NCBI RefSeq assembly: GCF_009914755.1
Contig: NC_060934.1
Length of the DNA stretch: 64,000 bases
Source of the DNA: the human T2T-CHM13v2.0 reference genome, Homo sapiens
Strand: one strand, 5' to 3'
Below are positions 18,426 through 35,952 of this stretch, piece by piece. Within the stretch, counting starts at the first letter, position 1. Every line of letters starts with the position of its first letter. Both the position numbers and the translations under genes were made by a program. The notes beneath the pieces were generated by a model that did no database searches, had not been told where the DNA came from, and saw only the letters and a list, made by a program, of their open reading frames with translations.

Positions 18426-18630
18426 AAAGGAAGGCCTCTCTGAGGAGTCATATGACCTGAAGCCTCAACGATGAAAAGGTAGCCATGAAAGGATCTGGAG
18501 ACGAAAGGTTTCAAAGAGGAGAACAAGTGCAAAATCCCTGAAGTGGGAAAGAACTCTGTATACCTTAGGAATCACAAGAAAGCCAGGGCACTGGTACAAA
18601 TTGAATGAGAGAGTGTGCAGGAAAACAGTC

Positions 18631-19047
18631 TGTTGCATTCCAAGAGTGATGCCATATTGAAGTGAAACCACCATGATGACTAATGTTGCATACCAACATG
18701 TTCTGCAGCAAAGTCTTTGAACAATACTTGTAGCATAGATAATTCCCCCATAAAGATGCTTATCTAACCTCCCCAGTGGTCGCAAGTTTGGCAAGAAAGT
18801 CTGAGGTATGACCAGCTGCACATGTCTTTACACTAAAAGCATGCTATATGAAGGATACTTTCTAGAGGGCAGGTGTGAGGATCCACTATCTAGCAGCTAC
18901 CCAAGAAATGGCACCTCTTTGTAAGTCCCTATTAAATGTTTCTTTCTGAGAAACTGGCTTTGTCAGCCTCTTTCTCTGGCCTCTCAGCTCCCTCGGCCTT
19001 CAGGGGTAGCTTTGCATAGACCTGCTCACTGTTCTCACTGCAGAACA
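18631..19047 (+). mobile_element. ERV solo LTR (LTR47-like)
   Basis: TG...CA ends (tgttgcattcc...gcagaaca), internal ATTAAA, typical LTR length. Family assignment is from memory. Confidence 0.65.
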
Positions 19048-20074
19048 GAGTGCTACAGCATGAAGTCAGAAGACTGGCATATTAGACTTAATAATAAGTC
19101 ATGGTAATAAGTTTAGATTGGAGTATTTCCAGTCCCCTTGAAAGGGCCATGCCCATTATGATAGGAAGGGTAAGGCTGCCTTAGCCTGAGCCATCAAACA
19201 TCCAATTTATCTAAGTCTTCTTGTTGTAAATGCATGCCCACACAGCAGTCTTCTGATTCCATAGCTCTATTAATAACGTGGCTCTGGTTCTTGAGTCTCA
19301 CTCTCTCTCTCCCGACTTCCTTAGCAGCTTTTCCCAATTGTGACTTTGGAGTGCTTGGGCTTTAACAAGATCATGTAGGCATGCCATGAACAGAGATACA
19401 ATTCAAGGTAGTTAAATCTTAAATTCCCTCAAAATAAACACATCAGTCAAGTAATATAAGATTTCATTCTTGGCTTCCAAGAAAAATATCCAGAAAAGGC
19501 TCTCTTAACCTTCGTTTGCAATAAAATAAACAGCTCAACAGTTTCCCTTCGGATTCGCCCAGATTTCATACAGGGGTTTGTGGGGAGTGTTCACATCTGC
19601 AGAGAGAAGAAAGGGAACAGCTGGAGAGGTTGTCTCTTCTTCCAGCATTTGCTCTCTGTAAACTCTGATAATCTGAGTCACTGATCTTCCAGAAAGTTCA
19701 GCTGTTTAAAGATGGATCTAAATTCCCAAGAGATTAGTAGGATTGTGAACAAAATAATGCCCTATAAGGCTAGTGTCTCAGAGGGTTTTCTTTGTCTATG
19801 TCACTCACTGCACACTCAAATGCACACACATATATTTACACATACACATATTTGTATACATATACAACAGCTAAAGCAGGCCAAGTAATTTGCATATGAA
19901 ACAATTTTAATACATGTGCAGAACCTGGCAGGTTAAAGACCAAGTTAAAGTCAAGGATTAGTCAAACAGATAACAAGGTTAAAAAAAAATGCAAGGAAGA
20001 GGTCACACAGAGAACTGTGGAACAAAGGAGACTCTAATGCAACAGGAAAAGTTGAACTTTGATTAAATGAATAA

Positions 20075-20340
20075 ATAATGATAATGATTATTATGCATGC
20101 TATCTATTATTGAGCATTTACTACATGCTAAACAATTAGCACATATTAAATGAAATAAGGCTTATCTCATTTAATAAAAATAACCTTAAGAGACAGGCAG
20201 TATTATTATAACTGCTTTATAGTTAAAGAAACTATAGATTCTTTAACTAAAGATTAAATTTCTTGCCAAGACCTGAGAAACAGTAAGTGACTGAGCTGAA
20301 CTCTAGTCAGATCTGCCTAACTAAACCCTGTGCTCTAACA
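20075..20340 (-). mobile_element. MIR
   Basis: tattgagcatttactacatgc...ttcttgccaagacc...ctgtgctctaac. Confidence 0.55.
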
Positions 20341-20509
20341 GCTTCTTATGCTTATATGATACTTATATGCCACATGGGGTAGGAAGGACAATGAAAAATG
20401 TAAACTTAAGCTACATTAATATTAAAAGTTTATAGTATTTCTACTGGATTAAATTCCTATTATACCTCACCTGAAGCATAATATCAAATTAGGAACCAAA
20501 TTTAACAAC

Positions 20510-20700
20510 ACAGACTTTTAGAGTTAGAAAGTACTGGCTCCAACCACTGCTAGCTATGTGACCCTGGCTAGTTCCATAAGAGCCTCAATTTCTCCATCTG
20601 AAGTGGGAAAAATATCTATTTTAAAGAGTTGATGTTAAGAGCAGAGATAATGTATATGAAGTCAAAACCAATGTTTAGCATGTAGTAAGCATAGAAGGCA
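20510..20700 (+). mobile_element. MIR
   Basis: cagactttagagttaga...ctagctatgtgacc...gcctcaatttctccatctg. Confidence 0.6.
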
Positions 20701-21944
20701 CTACAAATATGAAAGGCAATATATTTACTATTATTCCAAGAAGAAGGTGACTAGGACATAGATCATGTTTTATAAACATTAGCATGAGATGTAAATTCAT
20801 ATTTTCTAATGGAGTGCTTTCATTATTACTTTGCATTCTGCTACAAATTACAATTCTTAACATTCCTAAAGCTGGGCTCTTCTGAGGCAAACAAAATAGA
20901 TTCTATAAACCTAATAATTTCACATTCCCCACAGAACAGAAAAGGATTCTCTCCAGTTTCTTGTCAAAACTATCTCTGGAAAAAAAAAAAAAAAAAAAAA
21001 GGCCAGTGGATAGGAGGCCCAGTGGCTGCTGATGTCCTGCCAAATCCAAACACCCATATATCTTCAAAGGTCTAGCTCATAAATAAATAACACTTTCTGT
21101 CTTGACTGACAGCATTTATCTTGGATTTTAAAGCATCAAAGCACTGTTTGTGCCCAAAACGTTTTGTGAAATGATACTAATGTGTTCAATGATCTACATT
21201 TGAGAGGCTGTATTTCTGAAGCTGATAAACTCCAGCAAAATCTCCCTAGTGAAGTCTATTTCCAGTACATAAACTTCATCTGCATTTGAAAAGGCATCCA
21301 TTATTCACATCTGCGGAGGCATTTATAGTTTAAAGCAGACACATGGTCAGATTGGGGGTGGAGGCCTTCATCTATGTAGAGACAACTAGAAAGAAGGCAT
21401 TAGAAATGTGGGAAAGCTGACACTAAGCTCATTTTTACATCTAGACCCAAGATGAATTCTAGGGGCAGAAAAATAAAGCTATGAAATAAGAGCAAGTATC
21501 CCTCCTCCTCTTCTTTCTCCTTTTTCTATTGCTACCATAGAAGCCAATATGCTTCTGCAAAGTTTTTTCCCCCCACAGGAATATCCTTGCCTCAGATTCT
21601 GCCAGTCAAAAGCCTCAGACACCACTTCTTCCATAAACTTTGCCTCTTTCCTTCCTGCTGAGATTATATCCATCAAACCTAAAATCTGGACTGTTGATTC
21701 ACCAAAATACTTCCAAGGAAGTGAGACTGGTACCACAAGTGGTTAAGGGATGCCATGAAATAACATTGAATCACATAGGAGAAAGTTATTCTATTTTCAT
21801 TGCTTTTTCTGAATTTCTGATTTGTTAAGAAGCATGTCTCACTGCCATGCTAGTATGTCATTAGCACCTCTCCCACAGTTGTTAAGAGTTCTTGTTACAA
21901 AGACTCAGTTTCAAAGCCAAGGAACAGGCAATACTACCTAGATA

Positions 21945-22162
21945 GAATTTAATAACACCATTTTGTTTATACTGTCTTTATTTTTAGTTACGGTCTATTT
22001 ATGGCAACTGAATTGTTTTTCCATTTATAGTAGTAAAATAAAGTTTACTTTCTAAATTCATTTATTTACATTATTCGAGTTAAAAAGATTAATCAAGAAT
22101 AAAATTGTATGCAGATAAAAAATTATGAAAAGGGGCTGAGAATGAGTAAATGTGGGAGATAC
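21945..22162. mobile_element. Old hAT-Charlie-type DNA transposon fragment
   Basis: tatttatggcaactga...ttttccatttatagtagt...gaatgagtaaatgtgggagatact resembles recalled Charlie non-autonomous ends. Confidence 0.4.
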
Positions 22163-22324
22163 TAATTATTATACAACCTGAAAACGGAAGTTTAAACTGT
22201 ATCCCCCTACTACCCCAAGGCAGAGCTAATCTATCCCTCCTCTATAATTCCACAGCCTTGTTTGTATATCTAATACAACATGAGTTCATCTTCTTTGAAT
22301 TACAGTTAACTATGTACATTTCTT

Positions 22325-24584
<2,260 letters not shown>

Positions 24585-26099
24585 TAAGGATCTGTCTTGT
24601 GTTCTACAGAGCACATTCTCTGTGAATGTTTGTTGAATTGAAAACTTGATTCACCTCCATCCCACCTGTGGAATAGTGGTAATCACTTTAAGGACCTTCA
24701 GGATGCACATAGCATAAGATTTCTCTATAGCATGAGATTCTCATTACTCACTATTTAAATATCAGTCAATAAATAATCAATATGTACTTTCTGACCTTCT
24801 ATCATGTTCAAGTCCTTTGGAGTATGCAGAAAAAAAAGACATATTATAACTCTTTGTTTTCTGATTTTAAAAGTTCAAATATAATTGCAGAAAATTTAGA
24901 CAATACAAAAAGCAAAGGCCAAAAAGCGTAAAGTATAAAAATTAATAAACTCTAATTCCCACACCTGCAGATGACTGCTATTCATATTTTAGAGTGTTTT
25001 CTTTCAGTCTTTTTTGTTTGTGTCTCAGTGCCACACTAGTATGTCATTAGTACCTCTCCAATAGTTGCTAAGCTTTCTTTTACAAGGACTGAGTCTCAAC
25101 ATGCTTGTTTTCAAAATTGAGAATGCATTTGTGTATTAAATAGTGTTTCTGGCTTTCATTTTCTTACTCATCCCCACATACACTCTTGTGCCACCTTGTT
25201 TTATATTTGGTTTCTATATGCCAGCCACATGAATGAAAAGTAATGGAGAAACATCAAGAAATACGTAAGTATGGTTACAAATGTCCCCTTCCAAACTTTT
25301 TCCAAGTAGAGACATTGCATAACTTAACAGGAAACATAAAAACAGTTTTGAAAAGGTGCATCAGAATGTTTCTCTAAGTGAAGAACATCAATGGTGGGCA
25401 TTTCCAATTGAGGATTAGTCATGGAATCATGACTAATGGAATCATGACATGGCTGTGTGGGCTGGAAAAGGTTTAGAGATGCCTTTGTAAGACTAGGAAA
25501 CAAAGATCAAGATAAAGTTAATGACTTAGCAAAGAACACTGATTACAGAACACAGAATAGCAGAGTCTATTATCTAAACCTAATGCCCGATGGAGATAAA
25601 ATATTTCACATTATAATGCAAGTCAATGGGAAAAATAGTTGCGTGTTTACACAACTTCAGAAGAGCACGTCTATTACTATATGAGGAACACCTGCATAGT
25701 TCATAGTTCAATAAATAAACAAAAAAGTTTTCCTCACTCCAGAGCCTGTCCAGTGAACTGTCACTACTGCCCTCTTGAATTTTTATCTTTCAACTGCCCA
25801 CCCTTTCCTAAATTTGTGTCTTTTATTTTATTTTCAATTATTTTCTCCTTCCCTTTTCATGAATGTATAACATAATTCCTATTTCAAGGTTTCTGTACAG
25901 AAATCTAAGCTCTTTGAAAGAAAATAACTGTCACATATTATAAATAAAGAAGTTTATTAAAAGTGGAATTAAATTGAACTACTTGGTATTCATTGACATT
26001 AATTTACCTAGCTAATAACAACAGTAATTGTCATTGTTTTAATAATCTTTTAGAATCCATATTATCTGCCAGTATCAAGCATCTGCTAGGAGCACATTG

Positions 26100-27330
26100 C
26101 TTATTACATTTGATTTCTTAATGCACCTTCCTTCCTTTCCATAGAATTCCTCTAGTTTGGTTTTCCCACCCACTAATCACTCTACTCTCTATATTTCAAG
26201 TACCTCCTCCCACTCCTTCACTCTAGATGTTAGTATTCATCAAGGATCTATTTGCAATCTTCTGCTCTTGTATCTATCAAAAGTTCCTAATCCTTCATAT
26301 GCATTCAAGATATTTGATACCTCTTTTATAGTCAACTATTAAATAAATCTGTCAAGACCTGACTTATCTCTCAAGTTCTAGTCATATCTTCTTAACATGC
26401 TACAGAACATCTTTAATTATACGTCTTGTTATCATCATACAAATAACTCAATTTCATTATATTTTCCCCCAAATCAATGCCAATCCCTGATTTATCTTTC
26501 TCTCTTAATGGAGGTAAACCATTCCTTTGGTTTCCCTCTCTTATCCATAACATTTAATCCTCAACAAGCACTTCTGGTTCTTCCTTAGACTTCTTAATAT
26601 TCATAACTTGATTCTCATGTTTCCAATTTCCAGATAGAGCCACTTATTATTATCTCATGCAGAGACTACTGCAATACCTTCCTTATTAGTTTCTCTGTCA
26701 ACAGACCACCCACTTCTAACCTATCCTGTACATACCTACCAGAATAATCTTCCTGAAATATTACTTTCATCATGCAATTCTCTGATCAAAATAATCTTTA
26801 ATAGGTACTGTTGTCTAGAAAATAAAGTTCCAATTTCACATCAAATTATCCATGATTTCCAACTTAACATTCTTATTTGGGGATTATTTGTAAGAAATAG
26901 CTCAGGAAAGTATAAAGGATACTAGACTCTGAGTAAGGAGATAAGGAGTTTAAATACTAGTGCTAGTTGGTAATTGTGTGATCTTATGAATGTCAAATTC
27001 TTTAGAATATAAGGATAAATAAGGATGTTTTCAAATAGTTGGGGTAAATACAAATTAAGTAAAAAAAAAAACAACTGACATGCATGACACATGGTAGGCA
27101 TTCAATCAGTCTGAATCTGAATATGAGGTCTCTTCTACCTCTAAAGTTCAATGATTCTCTTCTCTAATCAGTCTTTCCAATTCCAGTCCAACTCCCGTAT
27201 TCACTTTTCCCAAACAGAAATTCTTCCATTCTCTTGTGCCTCTCCTCTACACCTACACAAATATTATCATCCTTCAAGTTCTCTTCAAAACCTACCTACT
27301 CTATGAAGTCTTCAACATAAACCTCATCTA
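26100..27330 (+). mobile_element. L2 remnants with an intervening MIR-like piece
   Basis: Pyrimidine-rich L2 motifs such as actactgcaataccttccttattagtttctctg and ccttcaagttctcttcaaaacctacctactctatgaagtcttc. Confidence 0.5.
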
Positions 27331-27510
27331 AAAGTGGTCATTGCCTCTAGCACTCATGTCTCTTAACTTATTAGTTGTCTTGCATCATCAACTTTTCATG
27401 TATTCAGAATATATCATTCTAGTAACATTACATGCTCCTTGAAGACTACTAATCTGCATGGCTCCTCTTTGTATGCCCTGTTCATTCATTCAGTCATTTA
27501 CAGAAAGTCC

Positions 27511-27812
27511 TTTTTTTTTTCTTTTTTTTGAGATGGAGCCTCACTCTATCACCCAGGCTGGAGTGCAGTGGCGCGAATCTGGGCTCACTGCAACCTCCAC
27601 CTCCTGGGCTTAAGCGATTCTCCTGCCTCAGCCTCCTGAGTAGCTGGGGTTACAGGTGCCTGCCACCACTCCAAGATAATTTTTGTGTTTTTAATAGAGA
27701 CAGGGTTTCACCAAGTTGGCCAGACTGGTCTTGAACCCATGACCTCAAGTGATCTGCCCACTTCAGCCTCCCAAAGTGCTGGGCTTACAGGCGTGAGCCA
27801 CTGTGCCTGGCC
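27511..27812 (-). mobile_element. AluS (Sz/Sx-like)
   Basis: Full reverse dimer with TSD agaaagYcct on both sides. Confidence 0.93.
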
Positions 27813-28302
27813 AGAAAGCCCTCTTTGATGAGGACTGAGTTACACTGAGTTTTAAAGGATGAGTAGAAAGTGGCCAGGCAAAGAGAGGGAGGGAAAGCTT
27901 CCAGGAGGAAGGAGTAGCTTGTGTGAAGGTTCTGAGGTCAGAAAAATAGTTTTGCAAAATAAAGGAGCTGAAAAAGAGATCAGGTAGAGAGACAGAAAGG
28001 CACTAGAGAGAAGCAGCATAAGGTGGCAGAGAAGGAGAAGCAGTTCCTTCCCCTAAGCATATACTATCAAAGTGCCATATTTTTTAAACAGGTACTAGTC
28101 ATATATTGAATGAGAGCTGTTTATACTATAATGAAAAGACTTCAGAAGTAGCAGCATGGAAGCTGCCAGGGTGATAAAAACAGGAAACAGTTAAATGGTG
28201 GGACTGTATTTTGAATGTTGCTCTTCTACCAACTAATGGCCACACCTCTACTCCCTCTGTGACGCGCCCCCTCAACTCAGCTGACATTAAAATCCTTCTC
28301 CT

Positions 28303-28545
28303 GTTAGGTAGAAAAAATAAGTTCTAATGCCTGATAGCAGAGTAGGGTAACTATAGCTAATAACAATATATTGCATTTTTCAAAATAGCTACAAGAGAGA
28401 ACTTGCAATGCACCCAACACGTAGAAATGATAAATGTTCAGGTGACGAATACCCTGAATACTCTGGCTTGATCATTACACATTTTATGCATATAACAAAA
28501 CTTCACATGTACTCCATAAATATGTACAAATATATCAAAAAGATT
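28303..28545 (+). mobile_element. L1MA-type 3' end
   Basis: aataagttctaatg...aaatgataaatgttcaggtga...ttgatcattacacatt...cataaatatgtaca; flanked by aatccttc on both sides. Confidence 0.75.
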
Positions 28546-29006
28546 TTTTAATCCTTCCAGGCTGGAGTTCAGATCATGTGGGGCTCTTCCGGGCTAAGGT
28601 AAAAAGTTAGGGCTTTATGTTATGAAGATTATCTAATTTGCATCCTAAGAAGATCACCCTCTGCCATGACTGGCACCAGTGAACCACGATTTAGAGGAGA
28701 AATAAATTAGGAGAAGGGGGTAGACTCCAAACGGTTTTTTTCCGAGCATTTAGCTGGCAGTTGCCATGAAGACTTAAGCTCAAAAAGCTGATATAGATAA
28801 TGGAGCTGGGTATAAGCTCAGAGGCAATAGAATATCCTAGAAAGAGTTTAGCACATGCTACCATATTAGCCCCACCTCAGCCACGCCCCAAATGTGGTTC
28901 TCCATTGGAGTTTATGATACTGTAGAATGCTATAACACAGAGAAAACAAAGTCATATTTTCTTCTTCACACTTAATCCAGTGGAAGTCTTATTTCTACAG
29001 ATTTAC

Positions 29007-29180
29007 CTAACTCTTCAGCTATTTCAATGTGAACTGTCTCCAAGCCATTTGAGGTTGCAACTTCTCTGTGCTTTGTCTCAGCACAAATATAAACTCTTTC
29101 TGGGAAAGTCTGAGGAAAGCTCATGAGATATTTGTACGTTTTATTTGGTTTCTCGATTGGAAAAAACAATAGACATTTCC
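29007..29180 (-). CDS. Candidate internal coding exon of an unidentified minus-strand gene
   Basis: Acceptor ttttctttttaaacag| and donor TTAG|gtaaat. 174 bp, phase 1-1, open in that frame only (xKCLLFFPIEKPNKTYKY...IEIAEEL). Non-repetitive sequence; protein not recognised. Confidence 0.35.
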
Positions 29181-29940
29181 CTGTTTAAAAAGAAAAACAA
29201 ATCTGTTGACTCTTACATACAAATAACTCAAACCAGCTGACCTTTAAAAATGTCAGAATTCACATGTGGTCAAGCCTCAGACAGACTCTAAGCTTAGTTT
29301 GGAAAAAAAAATAATTTAAATAATGAACTGGTAAAGCAAATAAAGTTAAATATTTGAATGATGATTCAGTTGTGTAACCACTAGTGACCCCAAACTGCCA
29401 CTTGTTGCAGATAGATGTAAGATTTTAACTTGGGAGAGCCCAGAAACAACCCAATTATGGTGGGTAACCTTTCAAATTGACCAGAGGCTACAAGCAAAAG
29501 GAGAGGGAATATCTGACCAGTAAAGACTGAAATTCTGAGGCCCTGGGGAATACTAGAAAAAAGTCTGTTATACATATGACTCACTTACTCCTGGCTTGAA
29601 CAATGAATTTTTCAGATTAAGGTCTAAAACCTTTAAAGGACTGAAAATCATAGACTTCCCCCTCCCTATACATCCCCACTATGTAATTCAAAATAAAAAC
29701 AATACTAACCTATAAGAGAAAAAAACATGTAAGGAAGCTTGACAGATTTCTAAATTTCCTCACAATGGCCACTCTTATGCCTTTAAAAATTAATAATTTA
29801 AATTATTTTAAAAACATACGGTACTCTATTTTTGCAAACACCCTAAGCATATGCTTAGTTCACCTGTGGGCAATTAGCACTGTTTGGATCCCCATAGATA
29901 CACTGTTCAGGTTTCTTATTATTAACATTTCCTGCATTCC

Positions 29941-30643
29941 AAGAATGGCCATAATTTAAAAACCAAAAAATAATTGATGTTGGTGTGGGTGTGGTGAAAA
30001 GGGAACATTTTTAACTGCTGGTGGGAGTGTAAACTAGTATAACCACTACAGAAAACAGTATGGAGCTTCCTTAAAGAACTAAAAGTAGAACTACCATTTG
30101 ACCCAGCAATCCGACTACTGGGTATTTACGCAAAGAAAAATAAGTTGTTATATGAAAAAGACACATGCACATGCATATTTATAGCAGCACACAATTGCAA
30201 AAATACGGAGCCAACCTAAATGTCCATCAATCAATGAGTAGATAAAGAAAATGTGGTATATATACACCATGGAATGCTATTCAGTCATAAAACAGAATGA
30301 AATAATGGCATTTGCAGCAACTTAGATGGAGCTGGAGGTTGTTGTTCTAAGTGAAGTAACTTAGAAATAAAAAACCAAATATTTTATGTTTTCACTTATA
30401 TGTGGGAGCTAAGCTATGAGGATGCAAAGCATAAGAATGATATAATAGACTCTGGGGAGTTGGGAGGAAGGGTGGGAGGGGGGTCAGGGATAAAAGACTA
30501 TATTGAGTACAGTGTACACTGCTCAGGTGACGGGTTCACCAAAATCTCAGAAATCACCACTAACGAAGTTACCCATGTAACCCAAAACTGCCTGAATCCC
30601 AAAAACTATTGAAATAAAAAACATAAATAAATAAATATCACAA
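29941..30643 (+). mobile_element. L1PB1-like 3' fragment
   Basis: tacagtgtacactgctcaggtgacggg...aaatctcagaaatcaccact...aactattgaaataaa. TSD ending tcctgcattcc at 29940 and 30660. Confidence 0.85.
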
Positions 30644-31351
30644 AATATGTCCTGCATTCCATAAAATTAATTATGGAAATTCTTAGGTAAGTATTTTTAA
30701 CATAAATCAAAGTCACTTTACATTACTAGATAACAAAATGATTATCTGTAATTTTACAAAATGCGAGAGAGCATGACATCTCAATGAGACTCGTGTCTGG
30801 TCATCTCATTCCTCACACAATCACTTCTCAAGGCTGAGCATGGCATATATGAAATATAAGCACCAAAATTTCATCTTGGCTTATGGGAAACTACATAAAG
30901 TCAAGTTTATGTAAGTCAAGCCTTAGAACCCAAAAGGTTTCTATACTAATCTTTCCTTTTTCTACCTGCCCTTCAGCATCATAAAGGAAATAACCACAGT
31001 TCATTCCTAGATCAGATAGTTAATAGTTGCATTGGTCTGAGGCCCAGTGCCAACTATTTTTGCCCAGACTTCCCCTACGCAATAGGAAAGGGAAAATCCC
31101 ACAACTCTCAAGGTAGCAAATGGACAAGTCTATACTTTAACTCTCTCTTCTTCATGTTTCTTTTTTTATCTTCCTAGGTAAGTGTTGAGTTCTTGCTGGA
31201 GGTTAATTAAGAAGAAACATGATGTAGTTTCTTCAAAGTACCCTTGACTGAAGACAGAACATGCTATGACATTAGTCCAGTCACTTCTCCTATTCCCTTT
31301 CATTTGTAACCAATGTCCTGAGGGTTTGTACTATAGTGACCTAAAAGGTCC

Positions 31352-32080
<729 letters not shown>

Positions 32081-33039
32081 GGTCCTTTGCAACACTGACA
32101 CTTTATAATTATGGAAACGTCTTTGCCCCAATGAGGGAAAGGACAGGTAAGCTTAGATTAGTAGAAGATTAATGATTCAATAACACTGCTCAAAGTGGGC
32201 TAATATTTAAAAAGCACATTGACTTAAGCAATATACCCTTTTATCATTGCATTCCTTGAATTCAGGAAAGTGCTAACACAAAAAAGTGGCCTAAAATAAA
32301 CTTTTCTGATTGTATCAAGTATCTGAAACCACCCTGTGACTTCATGAGAGAAAGAGCTTTATTTCAAGATCAGAATGTATAAAAGCAAAAGGTCATCAAA
32401 CAACATGCCACATTTGTAAAATGAAAGAAGTTTCCCATGGCATAAAGCTCAAGGTACTTGAGGGAAAGGATGAGGCAAAAAAATAGGTAATCAGAAGCCA
32501 AATCATGTGCCTGTTAAATTTTAAAAAGTTATTTCCCCCTAAAAACCTTAAATAAAACCAATAAAATATTTAATCATGTAAGCAATTAAATCTGCATTTC
32601 AGAAAGAAGCCTCTGGTATCATCTTCACAGTTTGTGATATGGTGTACATTACAGAGGCTATATTTATTTCCCTGATTCAAAGCAGTTTAAAATTTGATAA
32701 CAACTGTAAGGAATACAGAATTACTGAAAATAATTAGTTCTATTCATCCATCCATTCATTTATTCATTAAATTAACAAACGTTTAATACTGACTACTACA
32801 TGTGAGGCACCAGAGTTACAGGGACTAACAAGAATAACAACATAATCCATTCTTCCAAACAACTTAGAATTTGTAGAGGAATTGTGGATTTTTTAAAAAA
32901 TTCTGTTGTTGTTATGACATTGTTAACATCATTTTTACTTGTGATCTCAAATGCAGAGGATATAATTAATTCTACTCAGTTAATGACACTTCATCATCAT
33001 TGATCCTTGCAAAGCCTCTCTCTTTCATTTTTTAATTCT

Positions 33040-34260
33040 CTTTGTACCCATAACACATTCATATCCCCATTCATAAGTCAGACAACCACTTAAATGTGTT
33101 TAATATATTTTTCCTTACATATGCTTTTATAAATGTGTATTATTATCTGAGCATGTATTTTTAATTCATGTAAATGTTATTGTACTATATATTGCTGCCC
33201 GTTTATTTCACAATGTTATTCACTCATGTTGTTAGATATAACATCAAACTGTTTGCTTTTAAGTGTTGCATAACATTCCTTGTTGTGCAATCATTACATT
33301 TTATCTATGCATTCTCCTTGAAATGAACATCCAGATTGTCACAACTCCCCACCACAAATAAAGCTACAACAAATACCCTCATATCTGGCCCTTTATAGAC
33401 CCACATGAGAATTCCCGTGGGGGCATAAACACATAAGTGAAATTTCAAATTCAAAGAGTGAGCATACCCTTCATTTGTTTTCCAGAATAGCTATACCAGT
33501 GTACAATCCCACCAGCAGAATATGAAGGTTCCTATACCCCCTACTCTTACTCCCCAGGCCCCTACATTTTATGTTTTTATGTCACAATTTACATCTTTTT
33601 ATATTGTTTATCCCTTAACAAATCATTGTATCTATAGTTATTATTAATAGTTTTTAAATTATATCCCCTCGAGCCTTTCAACGTATGGCATTATCAAACT
33701 TTTTACTTTTGCCAGTTTAATAGGTAGAAAGTAATATCTCATTGTTTTTATAATTAGCATCTTTAAAATTATTAATCATTTTGAACATGTGTTTGTTAGC
33801 TTTTAGGGTTTTTTCCTAAGTAAAATTTTCTGTTCCTATTCTTCATCTATTTTTCTTTTCTTGTTGCTGTATTCTTGTTGATTCTAGGCATTCTATACAT
33901 TCAAGATACTAATCTCTTGTTGATTACAGACATAGCAAAAATATTCTTTCCTTATGTTATGTGCCTTTTAATATTGCCCCTGGAAGCTTTGTTGAAAAAA
34001 AATCCTGAATTTTAATGTATTAATGTTTCCTTTATTGGCTGTGCTTTATTGGTTGAAATTTTGTTGAGAAGACATTTCTCGAGCCCTTAGTTCACAGAGA
34101 TATTCACTTACTTTTTCTTCTATTAACTTTATAGACTTATTTTTCACATATAGGTCCACTGATTTCTAGTGCCACTTTATCATATATAAGTGATACACAC
34201 ATGGCTCTTTCTTTGAGATCTCCATTCTGCTCCCTCAGGCTGTTTATCTGAAATTGTATC
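33040..34260 (-). mobile_element. Highly diverged L1ME-type fragment(s)
   Basis: ttccagaatagctataccagtgtacaatcccaccagcag...tttgccagtttaataggt...ctcattgttt, typical of an old L1 ORF2 end in reverse. Boundaries approximate. Confidence 0.6.
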
Positions 34261-35615
34261 ATTGAGTTATTTATAAGTTAATAAAAACAACTTTGCTACT
34301 GTCTTTCCTTATTCCTGTCTTCTCTTACTTAGCTCAAACCACTCCCTCAATACTCTGCACTAAAAGCTTGATTACAAATGGAAGAAAGACAACCATCCTA
34401 GTTCCATTTTCTGTAGTCCTGCCCTTAATCAGCAACGCATAAAGCATTTTACATTCCCAGAAATGTAGTCTCACGTTAATGTAGTTCTTCTTAATGTATT
34501 TATAAGACATGTATGGGGTGGGGAGCTCCAGGTGGGTAAGTTCCTTGTTTAGAAGCCAAAAACACTTTGGATACAGATGACCAGGTTTTTAAAGATGATA
34601 AATTTTATATATTGATTCCTGAGTCATGTATTAGTAACACTATTATGTTGAACTGCTTGTATATTCTTCTAGATTGCACTAAGCAACAAAATCACTGTTC
34701 TTACAAGAACTGCAGTGATTTCTACTATACAATATAATTTTGAAATAATTCATACAGATCAGGTGGAAATGATAATAAACTACATTATTGAATTATAAAT
34801 TTAAGGCTTATTAAGCCTTCCATCAATCAGAGCCTGCAGTAACCCTTTCCAAGAAAGCCATCAACAAAGTAGTAACACAAAATTGACAGTGTTTGCAATT
34901 TTCTATGTTTAAGCTATATACCCATGATTATAACTGTCAAAATTATCTGAATGAATAAGCAATCTTCTGTCTAGATAAACTACAAGTCACAACTTTGACC
35001 CAAAGAAGGAAGCATCTTTCATAAGAAAGCTGTTACCCAAGTAAAAGCACCAAGGTGAGCCATTAATTGCAGGCTATCCCTACATTGTATTACCATCTGA
35101 GAATCCTCAAAGAATTTCCTGCCTGCAAACACCTTTGTCTCCAAAGGTAAATTCTCAGGTATACTGAAGATGCTGCCTCCAAAGTAAAATACCCAGGCCT
35201 ACAAAACTTTAAAAAGCATCTGGCACATAAATAGTAATTCTGAAATATATTGTCTTGATGATCACATCTTAGTTATAACAAAAGGTAAATCTTAAGTTTA
35301 CCCTACCAAATGTGATCAACTTCTAAGAACAAGAATATAGCATTTTTGCCAAGGAAAAAAATAAGGGACCTGAGTTTTTCACTGGAATTTTCAAGAAGTA
35401 CATTTGGGAGATGTTTTCCAACTTTCCTTTCTACTAATTTGTATTTTCCATATTGCCTATAATGAGTAAAAAGGAAAAAAAGGGGGGGGGAGATATAATT
35501 TATTTTAAAATACTATATTCATCCTCATCATCCTCCATACCCCTATTACCAATACACCAACCACTTACACAGTGACAAAAGAGGGGTTTAAAATATGGGG
35601 AAGAGTAAATGATCA

Positions 35616-35930
<315 letters not shown>

Positions 35931-35952
35931 AGAAAGATTTGTAATGCCAAAG

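Noticed and set aside
19510-19596. Minus-strand 87-bp coding exon
   Set aside because: Good acceptor, but a weak donor and stops in all three frames.
21479-21736. 85-aa protein-like minus-strand ORF
   Set aside because: Overlaps L2-like sequence (cagacaccacttcttccataaacttt); no supporting splice structure.
29007-29180. Sushi/CCP domain call for the candidate exon (GKC start, phase 1-1, similar length)
   Set aside because: Lacks the third and fourth cysteines and the conserved tryptophan.
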